A stretch of 64,000 nt of DNA from NCBI GenBank assembly GCA_020536535.1, contig JAHLWZ010000721.1, positions 111,846 through 175,845 on the forward strand. The letters are read 5' to 3'. Origin of the DNA: Pelomyxa schiedti. Lineage: Eukaryota; Protista; Evosea. The position numbers were made by a program, and so were the translations under genes. This document shows, in pieces, positions 25,367 through 38,800 of this stretch; position 1 is the stretch's first letter; every line of letters begins with the position of its first letter. The notes beneath the pieces are model-generated. The model was given only the letters and a program-made list of their open reading frames with translations. It was not told where the DNA came from and did not search any database.

Positions 25367-26465
25367 TTAGTGGTTACCGGTAACAGAGGGATCAGGGTTT
25401 GGCACAGAGGGTGTACCTTTGGTGTCAAGTGGTGGTATGGTGATGGACGGGGGGTCGGCTTTGGCTGGGGATTTGGAGATAGACCTTTTCCTGTCGCTTC
25501 TGCTGTGGTGCCTGGATGAGTGCCTCCTGTGTGACGACCTTGACCTGTGTTTTGACCTTCTGGGAGATGGTGACCTTGAACTGGAGCTTGACGAACGCCG
25601 GGACCTTGAGGAGCGCGAACGGGAGCGGGAATTCGACCGTGACCATGACCGGGATCGTGACCTACTGGAATAGGAGCGACTGCGCGACCTGGAGCAAAAT
25701 AAAAATGGATTGTAAATTCCTCACAGGAAAGAAACCTAGGCCTTCTGTTGTTATCCACTCGACGCCTAACGCCATAGTATTGCATTTTTGTTTGTAAGCC
25801 AATATCCCAGTCAATCCTCAATCGGCGGCCTTCAATATCGTAGCCATTATACCTGCGAAAGGGTCCATATAGTAACAAGGTAACTTGGGAGGTACATACT
25901 TGCTGATGGCATCAGCGGCGTCACGCCTATCCTCAAATTCAACAAAGGCATAACATTTGCTCTGCCCAGTCTGCTTGTTGAACCCCAATGTCACATTTTT
26001 CACGGCACCACACCGTTCAAAAAGATCAGTCAAATCGCGCTCTTTGAAGCTGTAAGGTAGATTTCCCACAAATAGGCAACGGGAGTGCATGCGCTCGCGG
26101 CTGGTGCCACGGATAGGCGATCTGATTTTAAGTTTTAGGGAGAAGTTGGATTTTTTGTTCGGGTAATTGAGTTAGAATAGTCAAAGAGTAATTGAACTGA
26201 GGGAAGGTTGTTGTTTCATTGCATAGTTAAATCGTTTTTATCGTTTTTGTTTCGTTTCAGTCACGAGTTCTAATCCAGTCGTATTTCGAACTTGGGAATG
26301 AGGAGTGTATAACATCACAAGGCGCGAGATGCCAACCAAACCTGCGTCTTTGCGGAGACCCGGAGTAAGATCTGGAACGAGAGCGGGAACGAGATCGCGA
26401 AGACTGTGTTTGTTTTATAAAGTGTTAGTTTTGTCGTCGGTTGTCGCTCGTGGCTCGGTTACCAT
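25367..26465 (-). CDS. RS-RRM-RS splicing factor (Tra2-like)
   Basis: ATG|intron, then an SSRSRSRSRS exon, an RRM (LFVGNL, SKCYAFVEF, YNGYDIEGRRLRIDW) and a long C-terminal RS tract. Confidence 0.85.
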
Positions 26466-26637
26466 CTGTTATTTTTTTTTTTTTTCAGGGTTGTTGGCAG
26501 ACAATCAATCCTTCGGGTCCGCATCGTGGCACCTGGACGTCGAGTAGAACCCCTCAGGGACGGAGATTGTGATTTGGGAGTGTAAAACTTGTTGCTACTT
26601 TGTTGATAAAAGTTGACAAGAGAAGGAGGAAAATAAT

Positions 26638-27800
26638 CTAGCCACAGCAACAACAATGTCCGGATCTCCGTCGCATACACATGGGACATCTTTCACTGGA
26701 ACTAACACGCAAGATCTGCGCGTCTGCGCAACCACAACACCTACGTCTGCTGTTCCTGTTGCCGAATCTGCGACAGCAATACCAAAGCAAAACGAGCCGC
26801 GTGAACCGAGTCATGGTACAACGGCCCTGTGAGCACAAAACTCTGCCCGCCAACGTTGTCTCGGGGTCAACTTGAACAGTGATCTGTTGTACTCCACGTC
26901 CCTCACGTAAATGTGCTGTTGTTGTTGTTGTTGTTGTTGTTACTGTGGTCCCCCACCACCTTCTTCTTTTCTGACATGGCCAGCTGTTTGTCTCCCAGTC
27001 GACACCCTCGAACCCTGTGGTGTCGACTGTCATCAGCACGTCCTCTGGCGTGTTTGCGTCACATATTTCATATCTCCCATCGTATGTGAAGCAGAACTTG
27101 GTTCCATTCCCAATGTGGAACAAGTTCTTGACTTCACACCCCACACTTTGGATGAGGTGTTGATGATTGTGCAATCACAACTGTGTTGTTGCCAAGTGGT
27201 CATCATCAGAGGAACCAGCTCTGACCACAAACACCCTTGAAATACTCTCGCATGGCAGGGCCTCAATCCTGGTCACCAGTGGGTTCCCTCTTGCTCCACA
27301 GGACTACAGATATCACATGACCTTCCAGCAGGCCCAATTCTTCTTGTTGAACCCTCTAGAAGAGGCCAGACCACCCCACTGTTACCTCAACAAAGAGCAA
27401 GAACAAAGTGAATCCCCCAAGTTCCAAAAAAGAGAGAGTAGTTAGAGAGGTGGGGTCACACAAACCACTTCTTGTTACCCCAACCCTCACTGTAACACCT
27501 GCTGAACATTACAATCTCAGAAACTGTGCCAAGCCTCATCCTCTTCTTCAATACTGTCAGAGGATCCAATTAGAACTTGAGAAGTCTTCATAAATATTGA
27601 ACATAAATCCACAGTGCACTCACTCACAACAACAGCAGTTAAGAGACAAAGATTTCTGCTTCCAGAGGAGAGTGACACCAGTCAGTGCCCACAATCACCA
27701 CAGTTCAGGAAAAGCTCCAAAAGGCAAGACCTGTCAAGGAATGTGTATCACAGGAATTTTGAGAACAAATGCCTAGCCTTCACTGAAACTCTTCCCTGGT
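26638..27800 (-). pseudogene. Probable decayed member of a lineage-specific gene family
   Basis: 178-aa remnant ORF loosely like the C-terminus of 1310-2593 (YEICDANTP vs LDIWDCNDL). Upstream frames are broken by stops. Confidence 0.3.
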
Positions 27801-28390
27801 GCTGCCATGTGAGGTGTGACACCACCATAGAAGTTGTGCACTCTCACACCAGGGAAGAGTTCCAATGCACAGGCTGATCATCTGTTCTCTAAGAAAATTC
27901 CTTTGATGCATGTCTTGATGGGCTTTTCCTCTTGGAAGCTTCCACNNNNNNNNNNNNNNNNNNNNNNNNNNNNNNNNNNNNNNNNNNNNNNNNNNNNNNN
28001 NNNNNNNNNNNNNNNNNNNNNNNNNNNNNNNNNNNNNNNNNNNNNCCATAGAAGTTGTGCACTCTCACACCAGGGAAGAGTTCCAATGCACAGGCTGATC
28101 ATCTGTTCTCTAAGAAAATTCCTTTGATGCATGTCTTGATGGGCTTTTCCTCTTGGAAGCTTCCACAAACCTCTGTAGTTGCATGTACTGGTGTCACTCT
28201 TGTGGAAGTGGAAAGCTTCATCTCAGCACTCTTGGTTGCTGTTGTTGTGGGTGAGAGAACCACGGATTTATGTTCATGTTGTTTTTGCTTATGAAGACTT
28301 CTTGAGTTCCAATTGGATCCTCTAACTGTATTGAAGAAGAGGATGTGAGGCTTGGCATGGTTTTTGAGACTGCTGCACGTTCAGCAGGTG
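27497..28390. repeat. Imperfect ~190-bp inverted repeat (27497-27685 vs 28185-28390)
   Basis: Reverse-complement match visible, e.g. GAGGATCCAATTAGAACTTGAGAAGTCTTCATAA vs TTATGAAGACTTCTTGAGTTCCAATTGGATCCTC. Confidence 0.85.
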
Positions 28391-28510
28391 GGGTATGGTG
28401 CATAGTATCAAGGCCAACAGAATGTTCACATTCTGCGAAAACGATAGTGATGAGAGAAAAGAAAAATACCGCCGGGACCAAGAAGACTGACATTTCCAAC
28501 GTGACGAACG

Positions 28511-29130
28511 ATGGCGGGACGCGGCACCAAGCCACACACCCACACCCTACCACCCCTGTCACTACAGCACCTCAACAGGAGGGTACCAACGACTTCCATC
28601 CCCAGCCACGTCGACACCTTCGCGGCCCCCCCAGCAACCACCACCACAACAACAGCAACAACAACGGCCACTTCTGCATCAGGGGTGCCCCCGCCGCTGC
28701 CGTCGTCCAACGCCGCCAGCAACGGCAGGGGGCACAGGAGTAGCGGCAGTCCCCCGCCCCTGCCGCCCATCCACGCAACCGCAACCACCGCAGCCTCGCC
28801 GTCGCACGCGCAGCTCCCCCCCCCTGCGGTTTCTACTACGACGGCCGCTGTTAGGACCACCGGCTCCTCGTCGCCGTCTCCGTCTCCGTCGTCGTCCCCT
28901 TCCCCGGCCGACAGGAACCCACTGGGCGCGTCGACGGGCAGCAACGGCGGCGGCGGAGGTGTGGCAGTTATGGGAGGGGTGGGCGGCCTGCCGCCCCTTG
29001 TAAGTTCTCAGCCCCCCTCCTCGGGCTCGGGCGACAAGCAGGCGCCGCGCCAGCAGCAACAGCCGCTACTTGTGTCCCTGCCCCTGATCCAATCCACCCA
29101 GGTCACGCAGCAGCAGCCGTTGTCGCAATC

Positions 29131-29161
<31 letters not shown>

Positions 29162-29611
29162 GCGCAGGGGAGCGGGCGGCGGAGCCGGCAGAGGCACTCG
29201 CTGGCCAGCGTGGCCGCGACGGCGTCGGCCACGAACAAGCTGATCATGAAGGTCCGGCTGTCCGGCACGGGGCCGACGCCCCTGGCCCAGAGGCTGCCGC
29301 CGCCCGTGGCCCTGTCGCCCGGCGAGTGCCCGCCCATCAAGGGCAGCCCCCGCCCGCGCCACGAGTCGTCCCGCGGCTGGGGCGGCGCCGACCCGCCCGT
29401 TCTGGGGCCCGAGCCGGCCGACGGCGGGGCAGCTGCCTCGGGCGGGGGGGGCGCGGGAGCGGGGAGCGCCTCAGGGACCGCCTGCAGCCTGGGCGCCGCT
29501 GGGTGGAAGCTCCTGCAGGGTGCACTTTTGGTGAAGCGCGAGGACTCCTCTGTGGTCAGGGAAATTGAAGTGGATGATGGCGAAGGGGCTGGAGACACTA
29601 GCGAGGATGAC

Positions 29612-29649
<38 letters not shown>

Positions 29650-32280
29650 CGACGACGACGACGACGAGCAGGACAGTGAAGATGAGTGTTATGACGGAAT
29701 GTCGTGGGGAAAGCTCGCTAGAAGTAAAAAGCGCTTCCATCTCAATGGTGCAGGGATTAGGGGTGGTGGCAATGCTGATGCCGAAGGGAACACCACCTCA
29801 CAGACTGAACTGGAAATCTCCCCTGCCAATAAATTTGTGGAGCTGACTGTATTTGAGCCCACCGCGTCACTTGACTCGATGTTTGGTACTGTGCACATCA
29901 ACTTTTTCTGGGTTTCATTTAAAGCAAAATAGAAGATGAAACTCCATACTTGAAAAAACTGTCACAAGTGATTGGCCACCTGGCATTTACACGGCGACTA
30001 CAAGAGTCACCTCATTATCATGATCAATACGATGCCTCTGGTAAGAATATTAAACACAGGACTACTGAACACTGATTTGGAAAACAGATCACACTCCGGG
30101 TGCTGACATGGCCTCCATCTTTCGTGATATTCAGCAATATCATGTTCAACGTTTTGCAGTACTTGCTGCATCACAAGTGTCTCACTGTATTGAGTGCGCA
30201 GAGTCACTATCACGTCTTGCTAAAGACCTTCAACCTTCAGAATCTTCAATCCTTACTGCTCTAGCTTCTATTGGGAATCTTTCCTCAGAACTGTTTGTTT
30301 TTTTTTTTCTTATTGTCAGCCAACAGTCCTAAAAGGAGTGCACTAGGAAGCACATTTGAGAGATATGTACAATTGACAGGAATCTCCCTTTCCGAGTTAC
30401 CAAACCTCCGTCCTATTCAATCACGCATTGCGCAAACACTGTCACATGGTACTTTACCTTTCTTCTTCTCAACTCTAATTTCTTGGTAGTATTTATCTCA
30501 TTGCGAGTTGCGTTGACCTCGTTATTGAAATCACACCCACAATTCGTGGAGTCCATTAAAGCACTTAGGTATTCACTAACTTGTGGAGAATCGTTTTTTT
30601 TGTTTAACTTTAGACATCTAGATTGATTGAAGTCTTTAACAAAACCATTTACCAATCTGCGCCGGTTTTAAATTTACTTGTCAGTGAGCACTTGGTGTCT
30701 CTATCAGAGTATTTAACTCTCTTAGCCCAAAGCCGAGCAAGCGTTTGCGCACATCAGTATTTCGGGGAGCTCTCATTAGAGGGTATTGCTTTGTAAGATT
30801 TTTCTTTATTGTAAAAAGAAAAAAGACTTGAAACAACTGCTAGTTGCAAGGAGAGAGGAAGAGCTCGAACTTCTTTCCAGTCTATCCTCCAATATTTCGT
30901 CAGCATTTTCTACTGATCACACTATGCATGCACTCTCTTTTACTCTTAACGACTGTGAAATGAAGTCTGCACTACAATATGTGCAACCACGTCCTGTTTG
31001 TTACCCAACTACTCTGCATTGTGCTTATATGGCTGTATTCTTTTTCAAGTACACAATGAAATTCCCACCTGCTTTGAAAACTTTCCTTCAGTTTTGGGAA
31101 ATGCTGGCCACTTTTTGCTCCGAATAGATTACTTCTTCTTGTGCACTATAAAGACTTTTCTTCCATACTTGATATCCTCACATCTAATTCTAATTGTTTT
31201 TGATGTTTATCCTTAACCTAATTTCACATACCTATGGTGCTTTGTCACTGTGGGCTCGGCAGTATTCATTTGTCTACTACCCATTTTTCTACAATGTCAA
31301 GTTGTACCAAATCATGAGTTGATAGTAAGACCTAATATTGTACTGCTAGACACCTTGCTCTATCCGCAACTTTTAGAGAAGACCAACGACTTCGCAATGT
31401 CTCACCAGCACCACCAAAACCACTCTTTACTTTAAGCAAGCAGTATGAGGTTGTATTGGTTCTCCTCTCTCCCCTTGCTCACAGTCTTCAGATGGTAAAG
31501 TGGATTTTCCACCAACTGCATTTGCAATGGGAAGGATGGGTTTTTGCGCAACCTGTATACGAGTTCTGTTTGCAGACTCGGTCGTGTTTGAGCCAGACTC
31601 AACAACAGGCAATGATGCGCAACACCGGCTGTAACGTCAGTCAATCTTCGAAACAGCACTACCTTATCTCTAGGGTACTTCTTCTCTGACCTACAAGTGG
31701 TGGCTAAAATCGCACTGGCAGATATCAGAATATGTAGAGTTTATCCTTGAACAACTACACTCCATGTCAAAATGTGAGATAGCACTAAAGGGACTACTCA
31801 AGCAATCACTTGACCTACTTTCATGCATTACCCAAAATTTACACAACTACTCATGTGAAGTTATAAAGAGTCTCGCAACACCCACATATTTCACACAAAT
31901 GTAAGTTTTGGTTTCCAAACCACCTGACTAAACAGTGCCACAGTACCCAACAGGAAACCGTTGAGGAATTCACCATCTCAACGACAATTGTGTGTAGCAT
32001 AATTTCCACAAAATGCCTTTCTAAACTCTGCTATCAAGATAGAAGAATTCCTAGTGCCTTGTAAAGATGCCGAGGGTGAGACTCTTCTCCCTCATATTAT
32101 ATCTTGGACTTCAAACCAAGTTATTCAATGTCTCCTCGAATTTAAAATGTATGTTGCTCCCTTTCTCTTTTTTTCCGTATCCAACTAACTATTTAGAGCT
32201 TTTTCCAAGCACACAGCCACAAACTTACAAGCCGAATTTAACAAAATACACACGTGGTGTGTGGAATCCAACCTGAGGTA
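28511..32280 (+). CDS. Large multi-exon hypothetical protein with Pro/Ser/Gln-rich N-terminus, poly-Asp tract and helical C-terminal region
   Basis: 473-aa GC-rich first ORF followed by many short exons with GT-AG introns. The 3' end is approximate. Confidence 0.55.
29606..29665 (+). repeat. (GAT/GAC)n microsatellite encoding ~20 Asp
   Basis: Seen directly in the sequence. Confidence 0.95.
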
Positions 32281-32299
32281 TCATTGTTTAAAAAAAACA

Positions 32300-34332
32300 A
32301 AACAAGCAGCAATGCCCACATAAAAAGCATGCAGGGATTCATGTGCTCTTGGACTCCTGGCTCGATGGCACCAAGTACTTGGGGAGATAAGAAACACACA
32401 CCCTCACTTGCAAGACACCTCTATGTGGTCATCCTTGCTTGTGTAAACTATTGTAATTGTGTACAGCAGAAAAATAAAGGAACCATTTCCAACTTGGAAA
32501 GGGGACTGTGTAACCCTTGTTTTTTTATGATCAAATTCCGGCTTGTTTTGCTTTGGATACGGAACTGTTCTTCCATCTTCGGGTATCATCATCGAACCGG
32601 TTTGATTGTGGTCCCTTTCTTTGCATTACTTGTTGTTGCACAATGAGCGACCTACGATTAAGGTGAGTGACATTGATTTATAAAGACGGTGAGGAACCTG
32701 GAAGAGCCGTGTAAAGAAGAAAGCTGGTCAGGTGACCATACATCAGGGTGCTCCAAAGCAAATCCCAATACCATAGACACTGAAGGCTTGGCCCAGAGCA
32801 TCCGCGAAGGCTGTCTCATGGCGCACAAAGCCATCTGCATGCAGGCCATCAACACATCACGTCTGTGGGGAGCTACAGTCACGCCTCCAACAACACAACC
32901 ACAGCAGCCTGCCTTTATTGTGTCAGTGCTATAATTGGCACCCGGTGTTGTGGAACTTGTCTTTAAGTTGGAAGGTGGTGCCGTGTCAGCAGTGTGGGCA
33001 GCATGCTTCCGTTTTGCATCAGCAACAGCATTAGCACAGACCTCAATTGCTGTGCGCAGCTTACCGCATGCCATATTAAAGTTGTGAATATCAGTGCCCA
33101 CAAGCGCTTGTATTGTTGACGCTTCAAGCTGAAGTGAATCCAAAATGGCAAGTGGGTGGGGTACTGCTGGGGGCAGTTGCGTCAGTGGGGAGGGAGGCGG
33201 AGGTGGAGGCGCAGAAATGAATGAGGAAATAGTAGGCTGTGAAGAACTTGTTGTAGAAGATGACTGTGTGGTTAACGAGGTTTGTACGGTCTGAACAGGT
33301 TGCGGAAACAGCTCAGGGGAAGATGCGTGCGCTATAGCTATCAGTGCACGATAAGCTTCTGCAGCACTGGTAGTTGTTTCAGGATAGTTTGGAGAAGTGG
33401 GTGTGAGAAGGGAAGGATAAAAGTGCGTTGACCAACTATGCTTTGCAGCAAGAAGAACTTCAAGGCACTCACTAGCGGTTTCTGAAGTAACGACCCCCTA
33501 GTAATGGGTAAACAATGGCGAAGAAAATGATCCACGCACCCTCAGTATGACTTTCTTGAATGCCATAGAGGCCTTTGTAAATTTGTCTTTCTTGGAAATA
33601 AGAGCCGTCAGTTTCTTTAGAAGAGCAATAACCTATACAATTTAAGTTTGCTTCGCCACACTCCGTAATAACCTCTTCTTTGGTGTGTTGAACCGGGGGT
33701 CGTTCGTCACTTTCCGGAGGTACTTCAGTCTGCTGTTGTTGCTGCTCCGCGTCGGTTACGCCGCTCGTGTTTTCGGGAACGATCTCCTTCTCACTTGTGC
33801 AAACAGCCGCATTACCTCCAGTTATCGTGTGCGGTGCTTCTACACTATCAGAATCCACAGAGATAGCGGTTGTCGCTTTAGGCAGATCTTGCACAGTGCA
33901 CGACGTAGACGCATCGGTTTTTGTGGAGACAACGAGATCTTGATTTTGTGACACAATAGCTACGCTGTCGTTGGCATAATTTTTCACGGCGGAGGCATCA
34001 CTCCCCTGCGTGGTCGTAGTCATTGTAGTTGTCGACGTAGCAGGCGGCGACGATGGGCTCGAGGCAGCAGGAGTCGAAGTTGCAGTTGCAGGTGACGTGT
34101 GTGACGACGCGTCGACTCGCCTCTTTTTGGCGTTNNTCGTAGTCATTGTAGTTGTCGACGTAGCAGGCGGCGACGATGGGCTCGAGGCAGCAGGAGTCGA
34201 AGTTGCAGTTGCAGGTGACGTGTGTGACGACGCGTCGACTCGCCTCTTTTTGGCGTTCGGTGGAGATTCCTTCACGTTCGAGGACTCCGCGGCTCCACCG
34301 CTCATCGTCTCCAATTTCCCTTGCATGTCGTC
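32300..34332 (-). CDS. Multi-exon hypothetical protein (low-complexity N-terminus, helical domain VIALLKKLTALISKKDKFTKAS)
   Basis: ORFs 33472-34335, 32658-33143 and 32404-32592 are linked by GT-AG introns. The 3' end is approximate. It contains an artefactual 121-bp duplication at the NN. Confidence 0.55.
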
Positions 34333-34544
34333 CATTCCTCAAGGTAATTTCGTTCGAATCAATCACAGAACAAATTTGGACTGGATCTCCTCAAGACAGT
34401 GGGCCAGGATCATCACTGGAGCAACTTCTGAATGTTGGGCAGTCGGAGAAGACGCTTCAGAGTCAAACCCCCGCCCTGCAATCTCCAGAGAGAAGGTTTT
34501 TCAGCGAACCATGTAAGTTGACATTCAGGTGATTAGTTCAGTAA

Positions 34545-35630
34545 ATGTCATCACCCCCGGCAGTGCGCAGGAAGAAGTTCCTCATGAAAGCAGTCATTCT
34601 GGGCGACTGCGGGTAATAAAACCAATTCGTTTTATTGCTAACCTACTTTATTCTTTTTATTTTTAGTGTTGGCAAGACATCACTCCTGAGCAGGTTAACA
34701 GTCTCCCCCCCCCTTGTTCTAAAAAACCTCCCTCCTTTTTTTCCTGAAGGTATGTAAAAAGTACCTTTTCTAGTGTTTACAAAGCCACCATTGGTGTGGA
34801 CTTCCTCACCAAGGTGCAGTTGCATTGCTCTTTTTTTTTTCCCCTTTGTTTTCCTTGCCTAAATACAACAAAGGAACTGCAAGTTGGTGAAATGACTGTG
34901 ACATTACAGGTTTGTCCCCTTGTGGGAAAAAAAAAAACGAATTGCTCATTTTACCAGCAAGATTTGGGATACATCGGGCCAAGAACGATTTTCCAGTTTG
35001 GGTCCTGCTTTTTTTAGAGGTAAGGATTTTTTCGAATTGTGGCCCTGAACAGAATATTTTGTTTTAGGAGCTGATTGTTGCGTATTGGTTTATGATGTAA
35101 CATCAGCTAAAACGTTAGCAAGCATTACTTCTTGGCAGCAGGGGTTCCTTGAGCATGCTAATCCTAAATACCCTGAAACATTCCCCTTCATTGTGCTGGG
35201 GAATAAAATTGACCTTGCTAATGAACGTGTGGTATGTGTCTCCTACACTTACTCCACAATTTTTTTTTATTCAATACATTTTCACGGTCAGGTTACCCAA
35301 AGAGAAGCAATGTTATGGTGCCAATCCCACGGAAAAATTCCATATTTTGAGGTATGCATTCCCCTTCAGATAGGCATACCCAGTTTACCTCTTTATGTCA
35401 GACCAGTGCCAAAGAAATTATTAACATTGAACAAGCCTTCTTTGCACTTGTAACTGCTGCCCTTTCACAACCCGATGACAGTGATGACTTCCCGTATGTA
35501 TTTGCTCAAATTTACTCCTCAACTAAAAACCAAAAACCACACAAAAAGCAATATTACACCCGAACCTCTCAGAATACCCAGGGCAGACTTTTCTGGAGAA
35601 ACAAGCACACCAAAGAAATCCTGTTGTTGA
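34545..35630 (+). CDS. RAB7: Rab7-family small GTPase
   Basis: ILGDCG|VGKTSL, YKATIGVDFLTK, IWDTSGQERFSSLGPAFFR|GADCCVLVYDV, FPFIVLGNKIDL, PYFE|TSAK and a C-terminal KKSCC prenylation motif. Confidence 0.92.
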
Positions 35631-35852
35631 TCTGGTCCACATGTGATAGTAGGTTAAGGGCCCTGAATATAAATACACCACCAGCCTGAGAACAAAGCCT
35701 TGTACCAAAAGTTTTCTTTACTAGTTCTTATCTTAGACCTTTGGTCGTGTCACATGCATTCTTTGGGACCTCGTCTTTAGATCCTTCTTATTCTGAAAAA
35801 AAAAAAAAGGAAGAAAACAAAAAATCAAATTGCCAAAGTACAAACAAGAAAA

Positions 35853-38800
35853 ATGAACGCGGCATCAAGGAAACGTGAGGCGACAACAGCAACAACTACA
35901 GCGGCAACATCATCTACGACAACAAAGACGGGTGGCGGTGGCGGTTCTGGTTCTGGTTCCTCAAGATCCCCTGTGTCGACCAAGTTCTCGTCCTCGGTTC
36001 TGACCGTGATTGACGACGCCGGCGTTGTAAGCGACGACGACGACGCCGTGCCCGATCTCGTGCCCGACGACGACGACTACGGCGGCGAGCCTCCCCCGCT
36101 CGTCGAGGACGACTCTGACAACGACGACAAGTTCCCCTACGAAGACAACGACGACGATGATGATGACGGCGGTGACGACGACGATGATAGCAGCAGCAGC
36201 GGCGGCGGGGGCGACAGCGACGTGGGGAGTGGGCAGGGCGCCAGGAGAGGGGCAAAGTCGCCAAAGAGCAAGAGCAGCAGGAGCGACGACGGTTCTGGCG
36301 GGAGCGACTCTGATGAGCGAGATACAAACTCGACCAGTGGGAGCGAGAAGAGGCGCGGGGTTCACTGCTCGATCCCCTTCAAGAACAGGCGACCGCTTCA
36401 GTTCGATCACTCTCCCCCTCCTCCGGGCGAGAAGAGGCCGTCGTCACCAAAACAGTTCGTCTTGGACTTGAATGACGAAAAATTGGTCCGTGAACTGGCT
36501 GGCGACTTCAGGCGCTGTCTAAGTGTTGTTCGTGCAAATCAAGTTCCAGAGGAGTTTGTGAGAGTAATTGAAACTGCAATAGACACATCAAAGCAATCAA
36601 AGCATAAGACCTCAACCCAAGGCACAACTTCTGCCTCACATCACTCTGACACACTCTCCAGAAAAACTTCAAGGAAGCCCCAGGCCCCAACAACCAGTAC
36701 TTCAATGCCTCAAAGGGGGAATTATCAGCAATCTGGACCAAAAAAACCTGACAAATCACACACAGAGAAGAATAACACGAAAGCAAAGCCTGCCGTAGAA
36801 GAGGAACCCATACCACCACCTCCCCCTCCTTCACAGCCGTCTTACAAAGTTGCTACTTGCATGTTTCAGTCTTGTAAACGAGATAAGGTGCCATTCTTAC
36901 ACTCCAAAGATATTAAACATTTAATAAAACTAGTGCATCATGAGTGGAGATACCTATACACAAATAGTTTGCAATGCCAGTCCACCGTGCATAACCTCGT
37001 ACCATAAATCGTGTGGTCGAACCGCATTAGGTACATTCTCTACAACTACCGCAGTCGATTGCATAACCCCCGATTGTCCTGGCAAGCTTGTAGGTGAATT
37101 TGTACCACTCAAGTATACATAAGCTGCACACATATCCGCCAATGTAAATTCTAACTTTAATCCTCCTACAGAAGCTCGCACTCTGACAAACAGTGAGATT
37201 GTGTCTGTGCATCACTTCAAAGTTCCTGAGGAACCGAAAAAGATTCCCTGTGATGATTTAAAAAAGGGTTCCAAGAAGACTGCCGTTTCGGTATGCCCTC
37301 AGCTTTTTCACTCTTTTCTCACAGCAAGGAATTTAGAAAGTGCAAACCAAATTCAAGCCCGACTCCACTCACACTGCACACCCACCTCCAAGTGCACCAG
37401 CAAAGGATCTTGGTACTAAGGCACCTTCTGTTGCTGTCGAAGTACAAAACAAAGAAGGACAAAGATTGGCACAAAAACCACCCCCCAACGCAAACAATCA
37501 AGAGACTCATCCAAAACCTACACCCACATCTGCCCCACCACCAAAGAAACTTCCTCTCAAAACAGAAGTTGTGTGCGTAGTACCCCAGAGTCTAAAAGAG
37601 GCACCAATAGCACACATCCCACAAAATAAAGCTACACCTCTCACTCAAATCAAACCACAAAAAAATCAGGCTGCTAGCACAACACAGACATCACCACCTC
37701 AACCCAAGATAAAAGTGCAAATTACCAAAGTCACTGAAGAAACATCAGCTGGGAGAGGTTCAGAGGTACCACCAACCTCCACAGTTGCTCATACTCCAAG
37801 TACAAGTGCATCTGTAACACAAACCAAGCCCGCATCCCAAAATCCAGGGTTATCCAGCGTTCTAAGGCCAACTTCACCACCACTTAAATCATGGGCAAAA
37901 GAAGTCGTAAAACCTCCTCCAGTCAGGCCTACTCCACCCACAACACCTCCTCTGTCATTGGCACCCTCATTCCACCCGGTCACATCAATTACAATCCGTG
38001 TAAATACTCAAAATTCTGCGCATCCCCAGGGATCCTCTCAAACATCTTCAGCCCAAGAACAGAAACAAAAAAAGAAAAAAGAAGTAGCTGCACCTCCTGC
38101 ACCACAAAAGCAACCACAGTTGCAGCCGAACCATCAACAACACAGGCAACAACAAGAGTCCGCACCCCAGCAACCGAACAAGACCTTGGTTGCCAATCAC
38201 ACCAACCCAGATCAATGTGCACCAAAAATCAAAATCACAGTAAGTCCACAGCCACAGGGGACTTCCAAGCCAGAAAACCCACCACTTCCTGTACCACAGG
38301 CCCCTCCAAATACGTTCACTGTATCCACACCCAAACCTCCGTTATCACAAACAGTCACTGGGCATTTTGCAACACAACAGATTCAGAAGCCCGTGCAGAC
38401 AACACCGATATGGCAGCCTCAAGTTCAACAAGCTCAACAGCAAATTAACCAGCCACGATTCACAGTGCTAACTCCCTTGCAATCGGGCCCGGCCCCTGCA
38501 CCCCCCGTCCCCCAGCAGAAATCCACAGCACCACCAATCCCCATAAACAACGTTCCTCAGGTGCAAGAAGCCCAAGACGCGTCTTCTACACAATACTTCG
38601 GGTTATCTTCGCTGCCATCATCGCAGCAGCAAATGCAGCAACTTCTTCAGTTACAGCAACAAGTTCGTGAAGTGATGCTTGCTCACGAACAGCAGCACCA
38701 ACAAATGCAAAGAGAGCACCAACAAAAAATGCAAATGCTTATGCAGCAGATCAACAGCATTGCTAATTCCACTCAAGACCACACAACTACAGCTCCCTCC

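Noticed and set aside
27825-28166. Direct duplication flanking a 100-N gap
   Set aside because: Exactly 121 bp and identical on each side of the gap, the same length as at the other three gaps. This is a k-mer overlap scaffolding artefact.
34014-34257. Apparent tandem peptide repeat (NAKKRRVDASS...) around NN
   Set aside because: Exact 121-bp duplication at a gap; artefact.
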